64,000 bases of DNA from an uncultured delta proteobacterium. Its GTDB lineage: Bacteria; Desulfobacterota; Binatia; UBA9968. A program made the position numbers and the translations under genes. The DNA lies in NCBI GenBank assembly GCA_963745835.1, contig CAVUZH010000018.1, positions 320,001 to 384,000 of the forward strand. Direction: 5' to 3'. Shown here one piece after another: positions 21,064-37,908 of the stretch. Each line of letters begins with the position of its first letter. The first letter of the stretch is position 1. Below the pieces are notes generated by a model, which ran no database searches, was not told the origin of the DNA, and was given only the letters and a program-made list of their open reading frames with translations.

Positions 21064-21726
21064 ATGTCGGATGAATCTTACAATGCAGTTAAAAACGATT
21101 TCATCACCGCGTTGCGGATCATTTATCGCGAGGGACTGAGCGACGCATTTGCTCATCTCAGCCTGCGCAGCAACGAGGGGAATGAGATGATGTTCATGCC
21201 GCGCAAGAGTCCGGCTTTGGTCACGAGCGACGAGTTGTTTTTTGTGGATTTCGAAAAGCCGGTGCCGCAGTCTTCTTTGCACCAAGCGATCTACAAGGCG
21301 CGTCCCGATGTCAAAGCGATCTTTCATTTTCATTCGCCGGCGGTGATTCTGTTAAGCGTCGTGGGGCAAACCATTCGGCCGATGCATAACTACAGCGCCA
21401 TCTTTCACGAAGGCGTACCGCTCTATACCGGAATCGGGCAGGTGGAATCGCCAGCGCGGGCGGGTGAGATGACCAAGTTGCTGGGCAACGCCAAGGCGCT
21501 GATGCTGCGCGGGCACGGCGCGGTCGTCGTCGGTCAATCGATTCGCGAAGTCTGCATGCTGGCGCTTTTCCTGGAGGAGTCGGCACGGCTGCAAACCGAA
21601 GCCATGAAACTCGGTACGCCGATGTTCATGGAGCGCGACGAAGCCGAAAAAATCGCCAAGCGGACTTTCAAGCCCGCCTCCGTCGACCGGGCTTGGGATC
21701 ACTTTGTCGCGAAACATGCCGATTGA
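21064..21726 (+). CDS. Class II aldolase/adducin family protein
   Basis: LHQAIYKARPDVKAIFHFHS, LMLRGHGAVVVG. Confidence 0.85.
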   Translation: MSDESYNAVKNDFITALRIIYREGLSDAFAHLSLRSNEGNEMMFMPRKSPALVTSDELFFVDFEKPVPQSSLHQAIYKARPDVKAIFHFHSPAVILLSVVGQTIRPMHNYSAIFHEGVPLYTGIGQVESPARAGEMTKLLGNAKALMLRGHGAVVVGQSIREVCMLALFLEESARLQTEAMKLGTPMFMERDEAEKIAKRTFKPASVDRAWDHFVAKHAD

Positions 21727-21742
21727 TTTTTCCTTTCATCTG

Positions 21743-21899
21743 CTAGCAGAGGTGCTGAAAAAAGCCTCTTGCAGGCTGCTCAAAAAGATCCAGAGGCTAG
21801 GCGCGGGAAAAATCGACGGGCGGAGTCGTACTTACAGTAGGTCGCAGCGAGGCGCTTGAGCGGCAACGAAGCATATGGGTCTTTTCAGCAGCCTGCTAG
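21743..21899. mobile_element. MITE/REP-like element with terminal inverted repeats
   Basis: CTAGCAGAGGTGCTGAAAA (21743) and GCAGGCTGCTCAAAAAG (21771) versus CTTTTCAGCAGCCTGCTAG (21881-21899); non-coding interior. Confidence 0.6.
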
Positions 21900-22582
21900 A
21901 CGCCGCGCCGGTTGCCGTACAGTTCAATGTGCAGGCGCGGTGAATAGCCGTAACCGAATTTTTTGCAAAGCTCGACGATCCATCGGCTCTTCTGATGTAG
22001 TTGCCGTCGGTTTCTGGCTTGCGCCATGATCAGTACACGACTGGTGTCGACATTCTTGAGCGCGTCCACAATCTGCCGGACTTCGGCAAAGTCCTGCTCG
22101 TGGTCAACGACGAATTTGAGCTGATAATCATAGCTATCGATAAACTGCTGCACGACGTTATAATTGAGCCGATGCTGATCGTGCATGGCCGCGAACCTGC
22201 CGTTTTGCTTCTGCCACGGCGTCGAATTCGACAGTTTCGGACTCATAGACACTAAATCGCAACTCACAGGTTTAAAGATCGTCGCCGCGGTTTCGATGGT
22301 GACGTGGGCCCCGGCTGTTTTCAATCTTACTGACAGATCTTCTATCTCAAGGGACAATAACGGCTCTCCCCCGGTGAGCACCACATGATCAAGCGGGTAA
22401 CTCTCGATGGCGTGAAGAATCTCGTCCAGTCCCATCTCCTTTCCGTCGGGACTCCAGGAGGTGTACGGAGTGTCGCACCAGACGCAACGCAGGTTGCAGC
22501 CCGACGTGCGTATAAAAACCGACGGCGCTCCGCTTAGCCGTCCTTCTCCCTGAATCGAGTAGAAAATTTCCGAGATACGCAT
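21896..22582 (-). CDS. queE: 7-carboxy-7-deazaguanine synthase (radical SAM)
   Basis: EIFYSIQGEG, FIRTSGCNLRCVWCDT, VLTGGEP, SPRLHI. Confidence 0.92.
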   Translation of the reverse strand: MRISEIFYSIQGEGRLSGAPSVFIRTSGCNLRCVWCDTPYTSWSPDGKEMGLDEILHAIESYPLDHVVLTGGEPLLSLEIEDLSVRLKTAGAHVTIETAATIFKPVSCDLVSMSPKLSNSTPWQKQNGRFAAMHDQHRLNYNVVQQFIDSYDYQLKFVVDHEQDFAEVRQIVDALKNVDTSRVLIMAQARNRRQLHQKSRWIVELCKKFGYGYSPRLHIELYGNRRGV

Positions 22583-22898
22583 AAAGCCACCCTAGCAAAG
22601 GCAACCGCGCGCCGAAAGTTAGATTGGGTCTTGGGTTCTGGGTGTTCGTTTCAATCCCCGTCATCAGTCCGCGGTCGCCGGTCTCGCGTTCCACTCATCA
22701 GTCTCAGGTGCGGGCTGACCTTTGGAAATTCTGCTCTGATCCTCTCTATTGCATGCGTCCATTACCAACACCTAGTAGCCAATGCCCGTCCCAAGTCCCG
22801 GCGTTTTCTTGACTCACGGCCGCCTTGTGTTAAATGTGTTAGGTTGGGGCGTGCGAAGATCTCCCCTGACTGTAAGTTCGCTCGATTCTCTCCCTCCC

Positions 22899-23141
22899 AT
22901 GGAAATAGATAAAGAAGCTCTGCTGGCTGAAGAACGAAGAATTCGCAGGCTGCGCCGGGCGATGGATATTGCCGTAGCGCTGCTGTGGCAGGTCGATCTG
23001 ACCTTGGCCGAAGCTCAAGACGTGGTCGAGCACGCAAAGAAAACCGCCCTCCAGCTATTTCCAGATAAAGAAGAAACTTTCGATTTGATCTATGGCTCGC
23101 GCTTTCGCCGGGTCCTGGTGGAGAAGTACCGCCTGCAGTAA
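22899..23141 (+). CDS. Small hypothetical protein upstream of uvrA
   Basis: 80 aa helical, EERRIRRLRR..FPDKEETFDLIYGSRFRR; 8 nt before uvrA start. Confidence 0.65.
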   Translation: MEIDKEALLAEERRIRRLRRAMDIAVALLWQVDLTLAEAQDVVEHAKKTALQLFPDKEETFDLIYGSRFRRVLVEKYRLQ

Positions 23142-23149
23142 GTCAAAAT

Positions 23150-28831
<5,682 letters not shown>

Positions 28832-28832
28832 T

Positions 28833-29225
28833 ATGGCGCGGCGCATTCTACCGATGCTGGGATATGGCTTGCGCCTCAAATGCCCACGCTGCGGCGTCGG
28901 ATCGCTGTATGCGGCGGTTTTCCGAATGCATACAACGTGTCCTCATTGCGGGCTGATTTTCGAACGGGAGCAGGGCTATTTCATCGGCGCGATTTACATC
29001 AATTACGCCGCCACGGTGCTGATCGCAATCCCGGGATTCTTTCTCCTGAGCATCTTCACCAACCTGACCTTCGACCAGCAACTGTGGATTTGGATTTCCT
29101 TCGCGATTATTTTTCCATTGCTCTTTTTCCACCATTCCAGAAGCCTATGGTTGGTGCTGGATCATATCTTCAATCCGCCCGAGAAGGTTTACAGGGTGCC
29201 GCCAAAGAAGAGTCAGCAGAGCTGA
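28833..29225 (+). CDS. DUF983-like membrane protein with CxxC pairs
   Basis: CPRCG..CPHCG..EREQGYFIGAIY, two TM helices, SRSLW. Confidence 0.75.
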   Translation: MARRILPMLGYGLRLKCPRCGVGSLYAAVFRMHTTCPHCGLIFEREQGYFIGAIYINYAATVLIAIPGFFLLSIFTNLTFDQQLWIWISFAIIFPLLFFHHSRSLWLVLDHIFNPPEKVYRVPPKKSQQS

Positions 29226-29227
29226 CG

Positions 29228-29497
29228 GTTCCAATCGTTCCAGCTGTTCCAATCGTTCCAACGGTTAGGGATAGGCCGTGTGCTGTCGTTCCGCTGCAGC
29301 CGCTGGTTCACTGTCGTCGCTCTAGAAGGATTGCCGCTTGATCGGTGTGTCACCTTGAACTGCGGAATCCGAGATTATAGAAGATGCCGAACAACTTTCC
29401 ACCTTGGCAGAAGGCGATCGGGCTGCCAGCAAACGATCAAGAAAGTTAGAGTCCGAAAAACGTGTGGAACAATTGGAACCGCTGGAACGATTGGAAC
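29228..29497. repeat. Inverted pair of 9-bp tandem arrays (GTTCCAATC-like x4 each side)
   Basis: 29228-29263 gttccaatc gttccagct gttccaatc gttccaacg; 29465-29497 tggaac aat tggaac cgc tggaac gat tggaac. Confidence 0.75.
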
Positions 29498-29506
29498 GAG
29501 TTCAGT

Positions 29507-30367
29507 TTATCCCACCGCCAGCGCCACCACTCCCAGAACCATTGCCGAAGCGGCGACTAACCTGCGCGTGCCGTCGCCCTCCGCGAGCAGGCGGGTTCCC
29601 ATAGCGGTGCCGATCAAGATGCTGATCTCGCGCGCCGGCGCGACGTAACTCACCGGCGTAAACTGCATGGCCGTGAGAACCAGGATGTAGGAGAGCGGCG
29701 CTAGGACAGCAACCCCGATCGCTTCAAACCTGTGCTCGCGCCATTCCGCTCGCGTTTCCTGGGGATAGCGTAGAGGGAGAGATGTCAGCAAAATTGTCCT
29801 GCCGAGATTTGCGCCCCAATCGAGTATCAGAGGCGGCACCGCGAACCGGCCAACCGCCTGCTTGTCCCATAAAGTATAAGCCGCGATAAACAAGCCGGTC
29901 ACTGCCGCATAGAGCACCGCGGTTTTGACTCCGCTCTGGCGCAAGCTCTTCGGATTGCTGGTAATCACGACCACACCGCCGATGATCAGCAATGCGCCAA
30001 TCAGCGCGAGCGCCGAAGGTCTCTCGCCAAGCAGGAGTATCGCCGCGAGTGTCGAAAGCAACGGCCCTGTGCCGCGCGCCAGCGGATAGACCAACGACAG
30101 GTCGCCGACCCGATAGCCCTGATTGAGCAGAATGAAATAGGCGCTATGCAGGGCCGCGCTCCCTGCCATCAGCCCCAGCTCAACAACGCCGATTTCCACG
30201 CGCGTTACAAAGATCACTCCGACCGCCACCGGCGTATAAAAGATTGCCGATAGGACAGCCACCAGCCAGGTAAATGTCACATGACCGCTGGCCCGCTTGT
30301 TCAACAAGTTCCAGCTCGCGTGAATAAAAGCCGCCGCCAGGATTAAAATGAGCGCGCCGAGAGTCAT
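29507..30367 (-). CDS. EamA/DMT-family transporter
   Basis: AAFIHASWNLL, GDLSLVYPLARG, YVAPAREISILIG; about 10 TM. Confidence 0.85.
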   Translation of the reverse strand: MTLGALILILAAAFIHASWNLLNKRASGHVTFTWLVAVLSAIFYTPVAVGVIFVTRVEIGVVELGLMAGSAALHSAYFILLNQGYRVGDLSLVYPLARGTGPLLSTLAAILLLGERPSALALIGALLIIGGVVVITSNPKSLRQSGVKTAVLYAAVTGLFIAAYTLWDKQAVGRFAVPPLILDWGANLGRTILLTSLPLRYPQETRAEWREHRFEAIGVAVLAPLSYILVLTAMQFTPVSYVAPAREISILIGTAMGTRLLAEGDGTRRLVAASAMVLGVVALAVG

Positions 30368-30502
30368 GAACGTCGCTGAAGATGGACTCTGACAAGACGG
30401 GGATGATGAACCCCTACCAAGTCCTCTCCCGTGGAAGCGGATGACCAAGACGGAAGGGGATCTCGAACCGGAGCGAAGAAACAGGCAGGACGAGTACGCC
30501 CG

Positions 30503-32023
30503 CTATGCTTTCGGTTTGTGAATGTAGCCGTACGTCAGGTTGCTACGGTCAGCGCCGTTTTTCAGGTAATCCTCCTTTAGCTGAGCAAAACGGTCGTTTT
30601 CTAACGCCGAGCGTTGTCCAGGCGTAAAGTTGTAAAGGCGCGCGTTGTTTTCGCCGAGGATGGCCCGCTTCAACGGCCCGTCGGCGGGTCCGAGCGGTTT
30701 GAAGCCAAACTTCTTTTGCATCTCTTCGGGAATCTCGAGACGGCGCAGCGCTTCGATTTGCCACTGCGGCGAGCCTGTCCAAACTGCGTCCGATCCCCAC
30801 ACCACATGATCGGAGCCCAGGCCTTTCACCAGTGTCCCCATCATGAAAGCGCAGACGCGCGGATCGGCCATCGTGCTCTGCGCGAAGATCTGTCCCAAAT
30901 CACCATAAACGTTTTTCACTCCGAACTGCCCGGGGATGTCTGCGAGATCGCTAACCCATTCGATCCGACCGGTACGGTTTAGCTGTTCATACGCCATTTC
31001 CGCCGTGCCTCCTCCGGCCCAACGATAGCCTGAGTGATAAATGATGAAATTGAGCTGAGGCCAGTCTTTGGCCGCCTTGCCGACATCGGCGACGTGACAG
31101 TAGCCGACCAGATGCGGAAACTTGTGTTCCACCGACGGCGGGAAAAGTCCCTTATGTATGCACACATTAACAATACTGGGGTGATCTTTGCTCCACTTTA
31201 CCAGTCGCTCGTAGAATGGATACATGATGTTCTCATCGTCGAGCCGATACGGATGCTTGGCCAGATGTTTGTTGGTGTTATCGCCGATGGTATAACCCTT
31301 CCATGAATCCGGCTTGAGCGTCTCCATCTCCTCTTCGATCTTGTCAAGCCAGCCCGGCCACCCCGGCGTCATAATCCCGTGGGAGAACATCCGCTTCGCG
31401 CCGGCTTCCTTATTGACTTTGGCGCGCGCGTCGAACTTCATCTGGTTAGTTAGGAACCAATCGCGCGGTTCTTCAGACGGCGAGCCGCTGATGCAGGCGA
31501 CCTGTGTGTCGCTGTCCAGAAATACTTCCTTAAAGTAATTGGCAAACTTCAGGTCCTCCACGGTTTGCGGTTTGCCGGCGAGGGCCGGATTCCAACCGGC
31601 TTTTCCCACTGCTTCGCGCTGGCGCACAAAGCCGGTGTTGCGCGTGTCGTCGCGCAAAAAATGCGTATGCATGTCCATGACGAACTGCTTGGAAAGAGTC
31701 TTCGCGCGCTCGCTCGCCATTTCCGGAATGGCGGCTTCGGCGCGGCTGACGTCGTAAATCGCCCCATGCGTTTCGTTCATAGCGACAAACGCAGCTGCCA
31801 TACCAGCCGCGGTTTTGAAAAACGCGCGGCGGCTCATGCCTTGATGGCGCGCCAGCTCACTGCCGTATTCCTTGATGCGCGCCTCAAACTTGCGCTGCTT
31901 TTCAGTTTGCGCGGCCGGCATGAATTCGTCACTGGAGACCGACTGGGTAGGGATGGGCGAGGGGAAAGCTGATGTCTCCGCCGGCAACAACTGCTTTAAC
32001 TCTTCGGCGCTAAGAAATCCCAT
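30503..32023 (-). CDS. Amidohydrolase-family protein with internal twin-arginine-like segment
   Basis: SRRAFFKTAAG, DMHTHF, CIHKG, IIYHSG, WGSDAVW. Confidence 0.8.
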   Translation of the reverse strand: MGFLSAEELKQLLPAETSAFPSPIPTQSVSSDEFMPAAQTEKQRKFEARIKEYGSELARHQGMSRRAFFKTAAGMAAAFVAMNETHGAIYDVSRAEAAIPEMASERAKTLSKQFVMDMHTHFLRDDTRNTGFVRQREAVGKAGWNPALAGKPQTVEDLKFANYFKEVFLDSDTQVACISGSPSEEPRDWFLTNQMKFDARAKVNKEAGAKRMFSHGIMTPGWPGWLDKIEEEMETLKPDSWKGYTIGDNTNKHLAKHPYRLDDENIMYPFYERLVKWSKDHPSIVNVCIHKGLFPPSVEHKFPHLVGYCHVADVGKAAKDWPQLNFIIYHSGYRWAGGGTAEMAYEQLNRTGRIEWVSDLADIPGQFGVKNVYGDLGQIFAQSTMADPRVCAFMMGTLVKGLGSDHVVWGSDAVWTGSPQWQIEALRRLEIPEEMQKKFGFKPLGPADGPLKRAILGENNARLYNFTPGQRSALENDRFAQLKEDYLKNGADRSNLTYGYIHKPKA

Positions 32024-32378
32024 AAGGACCTCCTTGATTCTGTTTGATGTGGTTATTGGAAGACGACGCCCAAACGATAGGCAAGTGCGTCTGAAACGTC
32101 AAGGCGGGAAGGAAGGAGGGATGTAAGGATCAGTGTGTGTCGAAAGCCACCGGCCGCGACGTGACGCGATTACTTTACACTGCCAAATGTGAATGGACTC
32201 AACCGGGCTTCCGCAGGTGAACGAGACGTCACGAGCAATCGGCAAACCCTTCGCAGCGAAGACTATGCTTTTTGCCCTCTGAGAAAGCGGTAGCTATCTA
32301 TATATTTGGCCAAACGCCCGCTTTATGTTTTTTTGTAATAACGTGACGAGGAACAAAAGCTTTTCGAATAGCGAGTAA

Positions 32379-32789
32379 TCACGACGGCATCAAACAGGGA
32401 ACCATTTGCCGGCTATGTCGGCGATAGATGCGGAAGTCGGAATCGGTGGTGAGAATGATCGGATCAGGAAGCGTCTCGGTCATGCGCACGAGGCAGGCGT
32501 CGGCGAGGCTCATGGGCACGTCCGCGTATTTCTGCAATAGCTTGAGTACTGACTCCACGTCGTTGTCCAGGTCGAAAGCGGCAATTAGAGCCCGGCGGCG
32601 AAGCAGCGCGCTGACTACAGGTGTTCCGCGCGACCCGAGGATGTGGAAAGCCTCAGATAGGACGGCTTCGCAGGTGCGCCAGGGTGGAGCATGGCCAGGC
32701 GCTTGTGTCAGCGCCCATCGGTGGTGGGCGTCGCGGCGGCTAAGTAAAGCCACTAAAAAACCTGCGTCAACGAGCACGTTTCTGGCCAT
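32379..32789 (-). CDS. PIN-domain (VapC-like) toxin
   Basis: VLVDAGFLVAL, EAVLSEAF, MSLADACLV, TTDSDFRIYR. Confidence 0.88.
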   Translation of the reverse strand: MARNVLVDAGFLVALLSRRDAHHRWALTQAPGHAPPWRTCEAVLSEAFHILGSRGTPVVSALLRRRALIAAFDLDNDVESVLKLLQKYADVPMSLADACLVRMTETLPDPIILTTDSDFRIYRRHSRQMVPCLMPS

Positions 32790-33024
32790 ACCCCGTTTCT
32801 TTCAAATAGCGTTTCTTTCGCGCGCTCAGGTCAGCAGGCAAGCCGTCCACCGAGCCGATCAGATCGGCGATAGTGTCAATCGGCGTGGACCGATGCCCTT
32901 TGGGTCGAGCAGCGCGCTGCAAGCGCTCGCGAACGATGTCGGATTTCGAACAATTGCGCCTGCGCGATTCCATCTCGATCTCGGTTACGAGCGGCTCGGG
33001 CAATCGAACGGTTAGAGTTTTCAT
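32767..33024 (-). CDS. Ribbon-helix-helix (CopG-like) antitoxin
   Basis: MKTLTVRLPE..SKSDIVRE..DLIGSVDGLPADLS..YLKETGYG; overlaps PIN gene. Confidence 0.8.
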   Translation of the reverse strand: MKTLTVRLPEPLVTEIEMESRRRNCSKSDIVRERLQRAARPKGHRSTPIDTIADLIGSVDGLPADLSARKKRYLKETGYGQKRAR

Positions 33025-33147
33025 AGCAACAGTGTATTACATCGCTGCCAGGTATGCAAGACAGAGTTGGAATAGCGAGGGGAAACGGCTCTACTGGCCG
33101 AAAGGAACGACGTTCCTGCTGCGGTGCCATCGACCCCCGCGAACTCG

Positions 33148-33415
33148 CTGGCATACCTATCCCAGAACTCCCAAGATGAACGCCCACCTCGAACGTCTTA
33201 ACCGGACCATTGAGGAGGAGTTCATTGATTACCATCAGGAGCTGCTGATCACTCCCAATGAGTTCAATCGCCAACTGATCCCGTGGCTCATCTGGTACAA
33301 CGCTGAACGACCTCATTGGTCGCTAGAGCTTAAATCTCCGGTCCAATTCCTGTTGAAAGAAAATCCCTCCTTGTGCAAAACATGCTGGCCCTATACAAAC
33401 CGTTGCAAATCATAG
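33148..33415 (+). mobile_element. Truncated IS481/IS3-like transposase C-terminus with probable right end (…TACA at 33397)
   Basis: YPRTPKMNAHLERLNRTIEEEF..WLIWYNAERPHWSL..SP integrase-core tail; N-terminus missing. Confidence 0.8.
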
Positions 33416-33840
33416 CCAACATGACTAGAGTCAAGGCCGTCGATGTTGCCGGTAGCGGGATATCAGTAAATCCCTGGTGCGGTAGCGATTGCCTTTACTC
33501 GAACAAGAACATTTTGAATAACTTAAGGCCCGACAATGCTGCGAGCTATATGCGTGCGTACACCTGTTCACCGTTCCCGGCATTTTCACATCCAATGTAG
33601 CCCGAAACACTTTCCCGCAGGATGTTTGGATGTAGACCGAATTAGTTTTGGAGTTGAGTCATTATCCTAGCGCAAAGAAATCTTCATTCATTTTTCAACT
33701 GCCCTTAACTCAAATTAGTAGGTGAACAAGATAGTTGTATGTAGGCGAACGGCGAAGAAAGATTTAGCAACGGAGGAACCTTCAGTACACCTCCACGCGC
33801 TTGAACCAGTTGGCGCACAGAGGCGGTTCAGGAGGACAGG

Positions 33841-36800
33841 ATGTATAGTTCGCTAGCAATTCGAAGCAAAGGCGCAGAAGACGTTGATCATGAGATCGAT
33901 CTCCGTATTCAGCTGCTGCTGACCGCTCTTTTAATCGGTGTCGCCTATTACCTAGGCGCTCTGTTTAGCTTCACGCTGAGGGTCCCATCCACGCGCAGTT
34001 CGATCCTATGGATGCCCAATGCGATACTTCTTGCGGCTTTTGTCGTCACACCTGTTAAAAGGTGGTGGCTCTGGACCTTGGCTGCTTTTCCGGCGCATCT
34101 CCTGGCTCAATCGCGGGATGCCGCACCGGTTTTGGTTCTTTGCTGTCCTTTCATTGCCAACGTCGCTCAAGCGGCCCTCGCCGCGATTAGCCTGCGCCTG
34201 TTAACGGAGGCTCCGCACCGGCTCGAATCTCTCCGCAACATGGGTATCTTTATCCTCGTCGCAGTGATTGGGGTGCCGGCGGTGGTTTCTTTCACCGCGG
34301 CCTGGCTCTTCGTGCTCGCTGGCTGGGAGACCGATTATTGGCTGGTTGGAGAGGCGCGCTTGCTTAATAACGTGGTGACCGGGCTTACAGTGGCGCCCCT
34401 ATGCCTCGCGATCGCAGGCGGCGACCTGAACAAACTTCGTTGTCTGAAGATTTGGCGCTACGTAGAGTTCGCTGTCGTTATACTTGGGCTTGTCGTTATA
34501 CTAGCGCTCACTTCCGCGTGGCACGCCGCCGAAACAATCAATTTTCCTGTTCGCCTCTATGCTCCGCTGCCGTTTTTGTTTTGGGCAGCCGTGCGTTTTG
34601 GACCTCCAGGGTTAGCGATATCGCTTTTGGCGGTCGCTTACGACTCCATATCTGATTCGATTGTTGGTCCGGTGCCGGGCGCGAGCTCACCGGCGGTAGA
34701 TATTCTCGCTTTGGAGGCGTCGCTGGCCGTTCTCTCGCTTCCTTTGATGCTGTTGGCAGCGCTGATGCAGGAAAGGCAGCACAAAGACGAGGTCTTGCGT
34801 GAGAGCCAAGAGCGTTTAGCAGGGACGGAAAAATTCTCGCTGGTGATGGTGACAAACACGGACTTGGAGGGCCGTTGGCTCAAGGTCCCTCCGACGTTCT
34901 GCGAGTTGCTCGGTTATACCGAGCAAGAGTTGCTGGGACGCCGCTTTGATGAGCTGACGCATCCGGATGATGTAGAGGTAAATTTAAGCCGGCGCTTGCA
35001 GCTCCTGCGGGACGAGATCAAGTCATTCGACCTCGAAAAACGCTACATTCGAAAAGACGGCGGCATTGTCTGGGTTTATATCAACGTGTCAGTTGTCCAA
35101 GATGCAAACGGAACTCCCGTCCACTTCCTGAGCTACATTCGCGACATTAGCGGTCGCAAGCAGGCTGAACAGGCACTGCGGGACAGCGAAGAACGGTTGC
35201 AGCTCGCGCTCGAGGCCGGCGGAATGGGGGTTTGGGATTGGGATACGAGTAGCAATGCTCTTGAGTGGTCGAGCGAGCATTTCACGATTATGGGCCTGGA
35301 GCCGTTTAGCATCAAACCAACATACCAGACCTGGGCCGAGCGCGTGCATCCGGATGACCGTCCGACTGTCACGGCAGCGATCGCAAGAGCGATCGCTGAA
35401 CGCGGCCACTATCGTGCCGAATACCGCATAGTATTGCCGGATGGTAGCTATCGCTGGGTGATATCGCGCGGGGAGGCGGTGTATAAAACCAGCGGTGAAT
35501 GCGTAAGGCTGACGGGTGTCACGGTAGACATCACGGATCGCAAATGGGCCGAGTCACGATTGCGCGTTCAATACCAGATCACGCGCGTGCTATCGAATTC
35601 CGCTTCGCTTGCCGATGCCGCGCCGGCCTTGATTCAAACGATTTGTCAGTGTTTTGATTGGCATTGCGGAGAGATGTGGCAAGTCAACTCCGAAGCTGAG
35701 GTACTGGAGTATCTTGAAGGTTGGCACTCGCCATCGATGCAGTTGGCGCCATTCGTTTCGCAGAGCCGGCAACTTACCATCTCCGTTGGAGTGGGACTTT
35801 CGGGTCGCGTGTGGAAAAGCGGTACCCCGGAATGGATAATCAACCTTTCCGCCGATGATAACTTTCCGCGCGCCTCCTTAGCGGAAAGATTCGGATTAAA
35901 GAGCGCGTTTAGTTTTCCGATCACTGTGGGCGATCGAACACTCGCGGTGATGGCGTTTTTCAGCGCCAACATGCGACAGCCTGACGAAGAATTGCTCCAG
36001 ACCATCGAGAGTATCGGACGTCAAATCGGCCAGCTCATAGAGCGTAAGCACGCGGAGCATGTCACGTTTCAGCGCGACCAACTGCTTCACACAATGTTTG
36101 AATCGCTTTCCTCTCAGGTTGTGGTCTTAGATCGCGACGGAATGATAAATTATGCAAGCAAGTCCTGGGAGCAATTCGCGACGGAGAATCAAGGCATACT
36201 TAACCGCCTGTCCGTAGGGATCAATTATCTGGACGTTTGCAGACGGGCCGCAAATCTAGGCGGAGACGGCGCCAAAGAGGCTCTCGATGGAATTGGCAAA
36301 GTGCTTGCTGGAAAACTTCAGAATTTTTCTATGGAATACCCTTGCAATGATGTCAAAACGGCACGCTGGTTCTCAATGCAGGTAGACCGGATGCCGCGCG
36401 ACCATGGCGGTGTCGTCATCAGTCATACTGATATTACAGAGCGCAAGGAAGCAGATGAAGCGCTCCGGAATGCGCTAAACGAAGTGCGCCAGCTCAAAGA
36501 ACGCTTAGAGGTCGAGAATACCTACCTGCTTGAGGAAGTATCCGGCGTCCATCAATTCGGCGAAATCGGTGGGCGCAGTGATTCCATAGCGAAGGCGTTG
36601 CGACATGCGGAGTTGGTGGCGCCAACAGATGCGACAGTCCTCATAACCGGAGAGACCGGAACCGGTAAAGAACTACTGGCTCGCGCAGTCCACGCGCGCA
36701 GCAAGAGAAGCCATAGGCCGTTAGTTAAAGTAAACTGCGCGGGTTTGCCGGCTTCGCTCATTGAGAGTGAACTGTTCGGTCATGAAAAAGGCGCCTTTAC

Positions 36801-37584
36801 CGGCGCCTCAACCAAGCGCATTGGCCGCTTTGAGTTGGCCAATGAAGCAACGATCTTTCTCGATGAGGTGGGCGAACTACCCTTGGAACTTCAGGCCAAG
36901 TTGCTGCGGGTGCTGCAAGAGGGTGAATTTGAGCGGCTGGGCAGCTCGAAGACCATCAAAGTAAATCCGCGAGTGATTGCGGCTACTAATCGCGACCTCG
37001 GATTAGCCGTCAAACATGGAGTGTTTCGTGATGATTTGTATTATCGACTGAACGTTTATCCAATAAACCTCCCACCTTTGCGCGACCGGAAAGAGGATAT
37101 ACCGGAGCTTGTCCAGACGTTTCTCAGCGAAGCCAGCCGCAGGCTTGGTCGATCTTTCAATGATGCGTCCCAGCGGGTTATCGAAGGCTTCATGAAATAC
37201 GACTGGCCGGGCAATGTGCGTGAGCTGCAGAACGTCGTCGAGCGAATGGCGGTCACAGCCAAAGGCAGCCAGCTAACCCTTCCCGCTGATTGGTTGAGCG
37301 ATTCGCCGACCGCGGTGCCTTATGAACTATCGAAAAGTCAGCCACTTGAATCTGCTGTGGCATCTCAACACGAAACTACGGTAGAAAGCATCGAGCGCGC
37401 TCATATTCTGAAGGTCCTCGAGCAACAACGCTGGCGAATAGAAGGTCCCCATGGCGCTGCCGTTGTTCTGGGCCTCAAACCCAGTACGTTGCGTTCGCGC
37501 ATGCGGAAATTGCATATTGATCGATTTGCGCTCTTAAACCGTCGCGTTAATCGTATATCGCAGCGATTCCATAACCCCTCCTGA
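33841..37584 (+). CDS. Membrane-bound sigma54 enhancer-binding protein: MASE1-PAS-PAS-GAF-PAS-AAA+-Fis HTH
   Basis: AGGAGG RBS; MASE1 TMs ([16 protein letters not shown]); THPDD/VHPDD PAS; [35 protein letters not shown]. Confidence 0.9.
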   Translation: MYSSLAIRSKGAEDVDHEIDLRIQLLLTALLIGVAYYLGALFSFTLRVPSTRSSILWMPNAILLAAFVVTPVKRWWLWTLAAFPAHLLAQSRDAAPVLVLCCPFIANVAQAALAAISLRLLTEAPHRLESLRNMGIFILVAVIGVPAVVSFTAAWLFVLAGWETDYWLVGEARLLNNVVTGLTVAPLCLAIAGGDLNKLRCLKIWRYVEFAVVILGLVVILALTSAWHAAETINFPVRLYAPLPFLFWAAVRFGPPGLAISLLAVAYDSISDSIVGPVPGASSPAVDILALEASLAVLSLPLMLLAALMQERQHKDEVLRESQERLAGTEKFSLVMVTNTDLEGRWLKVPPTFCELLGYTEQELLGRRFDELTHPDDVEVNLSRRLQLLRDEIKSFDLEKRYIRKDGGIVWVYINVSVVQDANGTPVHFLSYIRDISGRKQAEQALRDSEERLQLALEAGGMGVWDWDTSSNALEWSSEHFTIMGLEPFSIKPTYQTWAERVHPDDRPTVTAAIARAIAERGHYRAEYRIVLPDGSYRWVISRGEAVYKTSGECVRLTGVTVDITDRKWAESRLRVQYQITRVLSNSASLADAAPALIQTICQCFDWHCGEMWQVNSEAEVLEYLEGWHSPSMQLAPFVSQSRQLTISVGVGLSGRVWKSGTPEWIINLSADDNFPRASLAERFGLKSAFSFPITVGDRTLAVMAFFSANMRQPDEELLQTIESIGRQIGQLIERKHAEHVTFQRDQLLHTMFESLSSQVVVLDRDGMINYASKSWEQFATENQGILNRLSVGINYLDVCRRAANLGGDGAKEALDGIGKVLAGKLQNFSMEYPCNDVKTARWFSMQVDRMPRDHGGVVISHTDITERKEADEALRNALNEVRQLKERLEVENTYLLEEVSGVHQFGEIGGRSDSIAKALRHAELVAPTDATVLITGETGTGKELLARAVHARSKRSHRPLVKVNCAGLPASLIESELFGHEKGAFTGASTKRIGRFELANEATIFLDEVGELPLELQAKLLRVLQEGEFERLGSSKTIKVNPRVIAATNRDLGLAVKHGVFRDDLYYRLNVYPINLPPLRDRKEDIPELVQTFLSEASRRLGRSFNDASQRVIEGFMKYDWPGNVRELQNVVERMAVTAKGSQLTLPADWLSDSPTAVPYELSKSQPLESAVASQHETTVESIERAHILKVLEQQRWRIEGPHGAAVVLGLKPSTLRSRMRKLHIDRFALLNRRVNRISQRFHNPS

Positions 37585-37755
37585 TTGCCGGATATCTACC
37601 AGCCCACGATATCCCGCGGTTCCCACATCATTTAGCGGGCGTGCCGGTCTATCGCCGCTCCGTAGTATTTTCTGAACCCTCAAGAAGTCCCTATTTTGTA
37701 AGTAGAATTAAACGCTTATGAACTTGCGCCGAGAGATCAGCGCCCGTTCTTTTAG

Positions 37756-37771
37756 CGGCATTGCTCTTGCG
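37756..37771 (+). promoter_or_regulatory. Putative sigma54 -24/-12 promoter
   Basis: CGGCATTGCTCTTGCG, GG-N10-GC, directly downstream of the activator gene. Confidence 0.6.
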
Positions 37772-37908
37772 CTAAGGCACTATGTTGACGGTGGGGATGT
37801 GCTGTCCGCCGATGCAGCGGTGGCGAATAAAAATCGCGTTATTTACTATGCGATTATGGCGGAAGCTTATCTTAAAGGCGTTCCGTACCGGAAAGGAGAA
37901 CAAATTAT

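Noticed and set aside
29228-29497. CRISPR array
   Set aside because: Units are 9 bp with no unique spacers and no cas genes
32239-32300. GGCAAACC suggesting a c-di-GMP-I riboswitch
   Set aside because: Lacks GNRA loop and GACGCAAA junction, and no same-strand gene follows
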